Source: Acidimicrobiia bacterium (GTDB lineage: Bacteria > Actinomycetota > Acidimicrobiia > Acidimicrobiales > Bin134). Taken from it: a stretch of DNA of 64,000 nucleotides. Location of the stretch: assembly GCA_022822905.1 (NCBI GenBank), contig JAJDYE010000016.1:344731-408730 (forward strand), given 5' to 3'. The notes under the pieces were generated by a model, which was not told the DNA's origin, ran no database searches, and saw only the letters and a program-made list of their open reading frames with translations. Of this stretch, positions 54,929-61,909 are shown in pieces; the first letter of the stretch is position 1; the number at the start of each line of letters is the position of its first letter. The position numbers and the translations under genes were made by a program.

Positions 54929-55816
54929 TTAGATCCGATAGATTCGCTCGGCGTTGGCCGAGAACAACGCCACCTGCTCGTCGGGTGAGAAGTCGGCCAC
55001 CAGCTCTACATAGGCGTCGAGCTGCTCCCGGTAGGTGGAGTACATCCGATCCACCGGCCAGTTGCTGCCGAAGAACGAGCGCTCCACCCCGAAGGCCTCG
55101 ATGCAGCCGTACACGTAGGGGCGGATGCTGTCCACCGTCCAGTTGGTTCCGGCCATTTGATCGCCCATGCCCAGGCCCGAGATCTTCACCACCGCGTTCT
55201 CCGCCTCGGCCAGTTTGGCCATGCCCTGGCGCCAGTTTGCGAAGTACTCGTCGTTGCGCTCCTGGGGGAACCCGGCGTGGTCGCAGATCAAGATGATGTT
55301 GGGGAACTTGCGGGCCAGGTCGGCGGCCTTGCCCATGTCCTCCCAGAGCACATCGAGGTCGTAGACCAAGTTGTATTTCTCCAACAGGGCGTAGCCCCGG
55401 TGAAAGGCCGGATCTACCAGATAGTCGCCCTCGCCGAAGTCGCGCAGGCCCCGCATGTTGGCAAACTCGCAGTGGCGCTCGAGGGTTCCCTCCACATCGG
55501 ATTGCTGGAGGCGGGCGTCACCGGTAATGCCGGTGGGCCACCCGGTTTCGTCGGCCATGGCCTGAAGCCACTCGGTCTCGTCCACCGGGTCGGCCGAGCC
55601 GATGGCCGCTTGGACATGGACGATCTTGGTTACGTTGAGGCCCGCGGTGTCAGCTTGAAGACTCTCCACTGTGTAGCTGGTCAGGTTCTTCAGCGGGCGA
55701 ATCGCCCCTAACTGGGGATGAATGGCGTCATCGGCCAGCCAGGCCCACTCCAGCTTTGAATGGGGCCGCTCCCAGAAGTGGACGTGTGTGTCAACAAATT
55801 CAAGCCCTTCAGCCAT
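54929..55816 (-). CDS. amidohydrolase-2 family protein (sugar lactonase candidate)
   Basis: The N-terminal FVDTHVHFW resembles the IDxHxHFW start of L-fucono/rhamnono-lactonase-type amidohydrolases. 295 aa. Confidence 0.7.
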   Translation of the reverse strand: MAEGLEFVDTHVHFWERPHSKLEWAWLADDAIHPQLGAIRPLKNLTSYTVESLQADTAGLNVTKIVHVQAAIGSADPVDETEWLQAMADETGWPTGITGDARLQQSDVEGTLERHCEFANMRGLRDFGEGDYLVDPAFHRGYALLEKYNLVYDLDVLWEDMGKAADLARKFPNIILICDHAGFPQERNDEYFANWRQGMAKLAEAENAVVKISGLGMGDQMAGTNWTVDSIRPYVYGCIEAFGVERSFFGSNWPVDRMYSTYREQLDAYVELVADFSPDEQVALFSANAERIYRI

Positions 55817-55855
55817 GCTGATTCCTCCCGGACAGTCGATTGGCCGTTACCCTAC

Positions 55856-55869
55856 TAAAAACGTTTCCA
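55856..55869. promoter_or_regulatory. LacI-type operator palindrome, copy 7 (TAAAAACGTTTCCA)
   Basis: It lies in the divergent gap between 55816 (-) and the SDR start at 55915 (+). Confidence 0.55.
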
Positions 55870-55914
55870 GAAGTTCGGTGGGAGGAAGATGCGAACCACA
55901 CCACCCCGCGTGGC

Positions 55915-56661
55915 ATGAGCGCTCCCGAGAGGCGGCGGGCGCTGGTCACCGGCGCGGCCAGCGGCATCGGTGCCGGTGCCGCCAGGCGCCTGCTGGGCGG
56001 AGGGGTGGAAGTGCTCGCCACCGATATCGACCGCCGCGGCCTCGCGGCGCTGTCCGAGCTCGGGGCCGAGACGCTGATCGTCGACCTGGCCGACCTCCGC
56101 GATCGAGACCGGGTAATCGAGGCCGCCGTCGGAGTGGACTATCTAGTGCAGGCCGCCGGCATCATTCGCCTGCTACCCATAGAGAAGGTCACCGTTGAAG
56201 ACTGGCGTGACGTGTTCGCGGTAAACGCCGAGGCGATGTTCTTCCTGTGCCAGGGGATCGGTGCCACCATGCCGGCGGGCGGTGCCATCGTGAACCTATC
56301 CTCCTCCTCCGCCAAGCTGGCCAACACCACCGAGGCGGCGGTCTATGCCGCCTCCAAGTCCGCAGTGCTGTCGATCACCCGGTCGTTCGCCTACTCGTTG
56401 GCGCCGATACCGGTGCGGGTCAACGCCATCTGCCCGGGCATCATCGACACGCCGATGCAGGACGCCGTGCTCGAGCAGGTGTCCGCCATCAGGGGGATGA
56501 CCCCTGAGCAGCTATCCGACCTGCGGGAGACATCGGTGCCGCTGGGGCGGGGCGCAAGCCCGGACGAGATTGCCGAGCTGATCTGGTTCCTGCTCTCCGA
56601 CGGCGCCGGTTACATGACCGGTCAGGCCGTCAACTTCGACGGAGGGCTGGTTACCTGGTGA
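55915..56661 (+). CDS. short-chain dehydrogenase/reductase
   Basis: ALVTGAASGIGAGAA and YAASKSA. The start was moved to ATG 55915, downstream of the operator. Confidence 0.8.
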   Translation: MSAPERRRALVTGAASGIGAGAARRLLGGGVEVLATDIDRRGLAALSELGAETLIVDLADLRDRDRVIEAAVGVDYLVQAAGIIRLLPIEKVTVEDWRDVFAVNAEAMFFLCQGIGATMPAGGAIVNLSSSSAKLANTTEAAVYAASKSAVLSITRSFAYSLAPIPVRVNAICPGIIDTPMQDAVLEQVSAIRGMTPEQLSDLRETSVPLGRGASPDEIAELIWFLLSDGAGYMTGQAVNFDGGLVTW

Positions 56662-56689
56662 GCACGACGAAAATGAGACGAGGTCGACC

Positions 56690-57838
56690 ATGAAGATCGC
56701 CCATGTCGAGGCCATTCCGGTCAGCTACCCCGAACCCAATGACTTCGACGCCATCCGCCACCTGTGCTTGGCCAAGATCACCGCTGACGACGGCACGGTG
56801 GGGTGGGGCGAGTCGGTCACCATGTGGCCCGAGTCCAACTTCGCCACCAAGGCGATCATCGAGGGGATGGCCGATCTGGTGGTGGGCCAAGACCCAATCC
56901 ACTTGGATGCCATCTACCGATCCCTCAAAGACAGGGCCTGGTGGTACGGATACGACGGCGGGATCGCCTCGTTCGCCATTTCAGCCATCGACATCGCGCT
57001 GTGGGACCTCAAGGGCAAGGCCCTGGGGTGCCGAGTGCTGGACTTGCTGGGCGGACCGGTTCACGACCGACTGCCGGCCATCGCCTCCTCCCACGCCCAC
57101 CACGAGTCCATCCCCGACATGGCTGAGGAGGCCATCGACTGGCTCTCCGATGGCCTGCAAGGCATGAAGGTGGGTTTCGGAAAGCGAGGCAACGCCCGCT
57201 TGGGATTCGAGCACGATCGCGACGTGTCCTATGTGCGGGCCATGCGGGAGGCAATCGGTCCCGACAAGCACCTCATGATCGACTTGGGCTGGGCCATCAA
57301 GTGGGACATCCCCACCGCGGTCCGACGCACTCAAGCATTCGACGAATACGGGATCGACTGGATAGAGGAACCGCTTGGCGCCTGGAATCCCAGCGGATAC
57401 GCCGAATTGCGAAGCAAGACCACGACGGCCATGGCCTACGGGGAAAAGGAGTGGACCGCGGATGGGTTCCAGCGGATCTTGGCCACCGGAACTGTCGACG
57501 TGGTGGGCTGCGACCCCGGCCGGGCCGAGGGGATAACCGGGTTCAAGAAGGTAACCGAGCTAGTGGAGCGGCACCGCCGGCAAGCCAACGCCCACGCGTG
57601 GTCGTCAGCCATTGTCTCCGCGGCCAGCCTGGCGGTGAGCTTCTCCAGTTCGGCGTGCAAGCTGTTCGAGCTGAAGCCGCTGGAGAACCCTATGCAGCAT
57701 GAATTGGTGCCCGATCCCCTCGTCCATGTGGATGGGTGGGTCTACCCCCCGACAGGGGCCGGCTTGGGCATAGAGGTGGACGAGCGGGTGGTGGACCGCT
57801 ACCGCAGCGAGAGAGTCCTGGACAAAGGAGGCGGCTAA
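56690..57838 (+). CDS. enolase-superfamily (MR/MLE) sugar-acid dehydratase candidate, second copy
   Basis: MKIAHVEAIPVSYP, MKVGFG, WIEEP and the acidic ligand spacing typical of MR/MLE barrels. Confidence 0.8.
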   Translation: MKIAHVEAIPVSYPEPNDFDAIRHLCLAKITADDGTVGWGESVTMWPESNFATKAIIEGMADLVVGQDPIHLDAIYRSLKDRAWWYGYDGGIASFAISAIDIALWDLKGKALGCRVLDLLGGPVHDRLPAIASSHAHHESIPDMAEEAIDWLSDGLQGMKVGFGKRGNARLGFEHDRDVSYVRAMREAIGPDKHLMIDLGWAIKWDIPTAVRRTQAFDEYGIDWIEEPLGAWNPSGYAELRSKTTTAMAYGEKEWTADGFQRILATGTVDVVGCDPGRAEGITGFKKVTELVERHRRQANAHAWSSAIVSAASLAVSFSSSACKLFELKPLENPMQHELVPDPLVHVDGWVYPPTGAGLGIEVDERVVDRYRSERVLDKGGG

Positions 57839-58605
57839 TGGCATGGAGTGTGGGAGCAGGGCTGGAGGGCCGTGGCGTGATCGTGACCGGGGCAGCTGGC
57901 GGCATGGGCAAACCGGTGGCCGAGGCTTTCGCCACCACCGGAGCCCGGGTCATGGCCGTGGACTTGCATCAGAGCGCAGCTGACGAGGTGGTCTCCGGGC
58001 TGGAGGGAACGGGCCACGTGGCTGTAGGCGCCGACCTGTCCGACCTAGGTGCCCACCAAGAGCTGGTGGACCGTGCTCGACGCGAGCTGGGTGGGGTGTA
58101 TGCCCTCGCCCATCTGGCCGCCGTGCTGCAACGACGGGATTCCATGGACGAGGTGACCGAGCAAGACTGGGACTTCCAGGTGGACACCAACTTGAAGGCC
58201 ACATTTTTCTTGTGCCGGACCGCGGCCAACACCATGCGGAGCGCTGGCGAAGGCGGCCGCATCATCGCCTTCACCTCCCAAGGCTGGTGGACGGGAGGCT
58301 TCGGGGGCTCGGTAGTTTACTGCGCGTCCAAGGGGGGCATCGTCTCGATGGTCCGAGGGATGGCTCGCACCTACGGCTCTGATCAGATCACCGTGAATGC
58401 GGTGTCGCCGGGCCAGATCAACACCCCCATGCTGATGACCGACCTCGACCCCGAAGTGCTCGAGCAGCTCAGAGTGGCCACCCCGCTGGGCCGGGTGGCC
58501 GAGCCTGAGGAGTTGGCCGGAACGGTGGTGTTCTTGGCCAGCCAGCACGCATCTTTCATCTCCGGCGCCACCATCAACGTGAGCGGCGCCATGTTGATGT
58601 ACTAA
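57838..58605 (+). CDS. short-chain dehydrogenase/reductase
   Basis: A TAATG overlap links it to the upstream gene. VIVTGAAGGMGKPVA and YCASKGG. Confidence 0.8.
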   Translation: MAWSVGAGLEGRGVIVTGAAGGMGKPVAEAFATTGARVMAVDLHQSAADEVVSGLEGTGHVAVGADLSDLGAHQELVDRARRELGGVYALAHLAAVLQRRDSMDEVTEQDWDFQVDTNLKATFFLCRTAANTMRSAGEGGRIIAFTSQGWWTGGFGGSVVYCASKGGIVSMVRGMARTYGSDQITVNAVSPGQINTPMLMTDLDPEVLEQLRVATPLGRVAEPEELAGTVVFLASQHASFISGATINVSGAMLMY

Positions 58606-58619
58606 CTGAAGGGGGCAGC

Positions 58620-59738
58620 GTGAGCGACGAGCCAACGAACCAAGCGGGCGACAGCCGTCCGGCGCGAAGCATCTCGGGGACGGCATCGGCCCCGGCCACC
58701 CACTTGACCTGGTCGGACGCCATCAACAAGCGGGTCCGCACCGGCGACTGGGCTGACCAAGCCGTCTCCACAACGGCCAAGATCGCCGAGGCCATCGACG
58801 GAGGAGACTGGGAGACCGCCGCCCAACTGGTGGACTACTGGATGGAGGAAGCCAAAGTCGTCCATGTGATCTATCAGGTTTGGGGCCAAGGATGGGGTTC
58901 CTTCTTGACCACCGCGGGCGTGGCCCAAGAGGATCTCGAAGCCGAGGTCATGCGAATCCGGGAACTGCTGGCCTTCCCCGACGGCGAGCCGTTCAATCCC
59001 GAGCCGCGATGGACTTCACTGGCCCACCTCGCCGGCGAACTGGGAAACCGGCTGCGCGCCTACGAGATCGATCCCGCTGAAGCTCACCGCCGACTGGATG
59101 AGCTGCAAGAAGCCTGGCGTCAGCTCCACGACCGAGGGGCCGATTTCCAGTCGGGCATGCTGAGCTTCGTGGCCGGGCGGTTGGGCGAGGCCGCGGTGGG
59201 CGACGCTTACGCCCATGTGCTCGCCCCCTACCTCGAAGAGCGCTATTCACCGTTCGACCTGCGCGAGCAGAACTACGAGGACACCCTGTACCGCAACCTC
59301 TATCTGGCATTCGAGGCGATGCGGGCCCACCTCGTCGGTCCCGATCGCACCGGCGACATGGAGGTGACCGAGGACGACGACAAGTTTGTGATCTCCTTCG
59401 ATCCGTGCGGGTCGGGCAATCGAGGCCAACGCGGCGACCCAGTTGAGGGCACCGGCTCCCGCTCCGAGCCGCCTTACGACTTCGGGGTCACCACTGAGGA
59501 GCACGACTGGGCCTGGAACGAGAAGGGCGTGTGCTATTACTGCGCCCACTGCTGCTACACGCTGGAACTATGGCCAGCCCGCCAGTGGGGCCACCCGATC
59601 CGGGTGGTGGACTCCCCTCTCTACCCCGAAGAGACCGCCGGCTCAGAGCCGGCCAAGTGCACCTGGACCGTCTACAAGTCGCTCGAGGCAATTCCCGCAG
59701 AGGCGTACGTCCGAATAGGCCTCACAAAGCCGGAGTAG
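58620..59738 (+). CDS. uncharacterised Cys-rich protein, paralog 2 (372 aa)
   Basis: GTG start with AAGGGGG upstream. It carries the same conserved blocks as 41529-42647 (FDPCGSG, KGVCYYCAHC, KCTW). Confidence 0.7.
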   Translation: MSDEPTNQAGDSRPARSISGTASAPATHLTWSDAINKRVRTGDWADQAVSTTAKIAEAIDGGDWETAAQLVDYWMEEAKVVHVIYQVWGQGWGSFLTTAGVAQEDLEAEVMRIRELLAFPDGEPFNPEPRWTSLAHLAGELGNRLRAYEIDPAEAHRRLDELQEAWRQLHDRGADFQSGMLSFVAGRLGEAAVGDAYAHVLAPYLEERYSPFDLREQNYEDTLYRNLYLAFEAMRAHLVGPDRTGDMEVTEDDDKFVISFDPCGSGNRGQRGDPVEGTGSRSEPPYDFGVTTEEHDWAWNEKGVCYYCAHCCYTLELWPARQWGHPIRVVDSPLYPEETAGSEPAKCTWTVYKSLEAIPAEAYVRIGLTKPE

Positions 59739-59745
59739 ACCCTCC

Positions 59746-59815
59746 TCAGACGTCGATCTCGGCTAGGCAGTGATCGGTGGTGGTGAGGTTGGCGGGACCA
59801 TCGACGGCAGCAACC
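59746..59815 (-). pseudogene. remnant of a pepP-like (M24 peptidase) 3' end
   Basis: The minus strand reads VAAVDGPANLTTTDHCLAEIDV*. The intact gene end at 60731 reads VAATDGPDNLTTTDHRLAVLDV*. 12 of 70 nt differ by hand alignment. Confidence 0.7.
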
Positions 59816-59890
59816 GGGTTGTTGTACCTGGGCATCCTGACCGGCTTCGGCATGGATCTAGTCGCCCGTGTGCTGCTAGATACTACATGA
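59807..59890 (+). pseudogene. remnant of the 3' end of a homolog of the membrane-protein gene at 35876-36733
   Basis: It reads AATGLLYLGILTGFGMDLVARVLLDTT*. The intact gene reads AATGLLYLGILTGFGMDLVARVLLDTA*. 21 of the last 75 nt differ, almost all at synonymous positions. Confidence 0.7.
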
Positions 59891-59917
59891 TATTTATTTT
59901 CTTTCAATGATATTTAT
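59887..59917. promoter_or_regulatory. direct repeat ATGATATTTAT x2 (20-bp spacing) in the AT-rich leader of the phd-vapC operon; probable operator/promoter (TATAGT at 59921-59926)
   Basis: atgatatttat occurs at 59887-59897 and 59907-59917. Confidence 0.4.
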
Positions 59918-59994
59918 CATTATAGTGTTCTTCGTGAGCGCCTTTGGGCTAATATTGGCTAGACTTTTTGTACAAGATTTGGGAATCTTGGGGG

Positions 59995-60282
59995 ATGAGC
60001 ACCGGAGAGCGAACCATTCCTGCATCCCAGTTCAGGAACCACTGTCTGCGGCTCATGGATGAGATAAATGAGACCGGCGACACACTGATTGTCACCAAAC
60101 ACGGGAAACCGGTCGCCGTCGTCGGACCTGCCCGCCGCGACAAGGGCAGCCTCTGGGGGTTCATGGAAGGGACCACCCGCATACTTGGGGACATCGACAG
60201 CCCAGCCATCCCTCCCGATGACTGGGACATCGTCAGTGACCCCGATCGGGTCTTCAACCCCGCTTCTGCTCCACCCGAATGA
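59995..60282 (+). CDS. type II antitoxin, Phd/YefM family
   Basis: MSTGERTIPASQFRNHCLRLMDEINETGDTLIVTKHGKPVAVV is a typical Phd/YefM N-terminal fold. A 4-nt overlap links it to the toxin gene. Confidence 0.75.
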   Translation: MSTGERTIPASQFRNHCLRLMDEINETGDTLIVTKHGKPVAVVGPARRDKGSLWGFMEGTTRILGDIDSPAIPPDDWDIVSDPDRVFNPASAPPE

Positions 60283-60698
60283 TCCTTCTGGACACCAACG
60301 TGCTGTTGCGAATGACAGCCGGAGATCCCAAGATTGGCAAACGCGCTCGACAGGTCATCGACGATGCCATCCACGCTCAAGGTATCGGCGTGCCCACCAT
60401 CGTGTTCCTCGAAGCCGCCAGGCTCCACTGGGACAACAGAGTTGATCTCGGCATGCCTCCAGAAGAATGGCGTCACGCCCACATTCGCCGAGGAGTGGCC
60501 GAGGTGCACCTGACGGGGAGAATTGCAGTCCAAGCCGCTGACCTTCATGCTCGCCATGGTTTCCACCGAGACCCTGGCGACCAGATCATCGCGGCGACGG
60601 CCATTGCCGAAAGAAGCACTCTTGCCACTACCGACGAGCGCATCCTCAAGTGGGCAAGAATCACCCAAGCGATCGCGGTGCTCGACGCTACTGAGTAG
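60279..60698 (+). CDS. vapC: type II toxin, PIN-domain VapC family
   Basis: MILLDTNVLL, FHRDPGDQIIAATAI, TTDERI. Confidence 0.8.
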   Translation: MILLDTNVLLRMTAGDPKIGKRARQVIDDAIHAQGIGVPTIVFLEAARLHWDNRVDLGMPPEEWRHAHIRRGVAEVHLTGRIAVQAADLHARHGFHRDPGDQIIAATAIAERSTLATTDERILKWARITQAIAVLDATE

Positions 60699-60730
60699 CG
60701 GCCCCGTTCAACCGGCGGCCAGGCACTCCG

Positions 60731-61846
60731 TCAGACGTCGAGAACGGCCAGGCGGTGATCGGTGGTGGTGAGGTTGTCGGGGCCGTCGGTGGCGGCCACC
60801 ACGATGTCCTCCAGGCGCAAACCCCATTTGCCGGGGATATAGATGCCGGGCTCGATGGAGAAGGCGTGGCCGGGGCGCAATTCCTGAGTGTTGCCCTCCA
60901 CGATGTAGGGGTCTTCGTGGGCCTCGGTGCCGATCCCGTGGCCGGTGCGGTGGATGAAGTTGTCGCCGAACCCGGCCTCGGCGATCATGCCCCTCCCCAC
61001 CCGGTCGACCGACTCGCAGCTGTTTCCGACCACCGAGGCGGCGACTTGAGCGGCTTGGGCTTCGAACAGCACGTCGTAGGCCTCGACCAGGTCAGCGGGC
61101 GGCTCGCCCAAGTGCACACACCGGGTGATGTCGGAGCAGTAGCCCACCCCGTCGGCATCCATCATCGTCCCCCCAATGTCGCACAGCACCACCTCGCCCG
61201 GCTTGATCACCCGCTCCCCGGCCTCGTGGTGGGGGCTGGCCGCGTTCTCCCCCGCAGCCACGATGGCGAAGTTCACCCGCTGGTGGCCCTCAGCCAATAG
61301 TCGGCGGCCCAGCTCGGCCGACACCTCGGCCTCGGTACGCCCCACCAGCTCGATGTTGCCGGATCGGAGATCGACGGTCACCCGGTCGGCTGCCGCCGCC
61401 GCCGCCCTCAGCGACTCCACTTCGGCGGCATCCTTCACCGAGCGCAGCGGACTGGTCACCTCCGAAGCCCGGCGGAACTCGACCCGAGGCAGTAGTCGAG
61501 CCAGGTCCACCAGAAAGCCGGCCCACATACGGTCTCCAACGGCAATCACCGAGGCTGATCCGATGAGCGACCGCGCCAGTTCGATGGGGTCGTCGGTCTC
61601 ATCCCAAGCCACGACCTCAAATACACCAGTACGCTCCACCACCCTGGGCGCTTCCAGGCGGGGCACGATGAGCCGGGCATCACCTTCGCAGGGCACCACC
61701 AGCATGGTCAGCCTCGGTAGAGGCATGGCCTCGTAGCCGCAGAAGTAGGGCAGTTCGGCGCCCACCGACAACAGCAATACATCCACCTGCTGCTCGGCCA
61801 TCTGAGCCCGCAATCGCTCCATTCGCTGACTGAACATCGGGATCAA
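60731..61846 (-). CDS. Xaa-Pro aminopeptidase/dipeptidase (M24B)
   Basis: HRTGHGIGTEAHEDPYIV, FSIEPGIY and the creatinase-like N-domain. Confidence 0.85.
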   Translation of the reverse strand: MIPMFSQRMERLRAQMAEQQVDVLLLSVGAELPYFCGYEAMPLPRLTMLVVPCEGDARLIVPRLEAPRVVERTGVFEVVAWDETDDPIELARSLIGSASVIAVGDRMWAGFLVDLARLLPRVEFRRASEVTSPLRSVKDAAEVESLRAAAAAADRVTVDLRSGNIELVGRTEAEVSAELGRRLLAEGHQRVNFAIVAAGENAASPHHEAGERVIKPGEVVLCDIGGTMMDADGVGYCSDITRCVHLGEPPADLVEAYDVLFEAQAAQVAASVVGNSCESVDRVGRGMIAEAGFGDNFIHRTGHGIGTEAHEDPYIVEGNTQELRPGHAFSIEPGIYIPGKWGLRLEDIVVAATDGPDNLTTTDHRLAVLDV

Positions 61847-61850
61847 CCTA

Positions 61851-61871
61851 CTCCTGCAACCCCGGCAGGAG
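61851..61871 (-). terminator. 7-bp-stem hairpin between lipA stop and the M24 peptidase start (weak terminator or RBS-occluding structure)
   Basis: ctcctgc aaccccg gcaggag. On the mRNA strand the 3' arm contains AGGAG ~13 nt before the ATG. Confidence 0.3.
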
Positions 61872-61909
61872 AAGCCAAAGCCGCAGCAAACACGCCAACA
61901 CGGCCAGGA

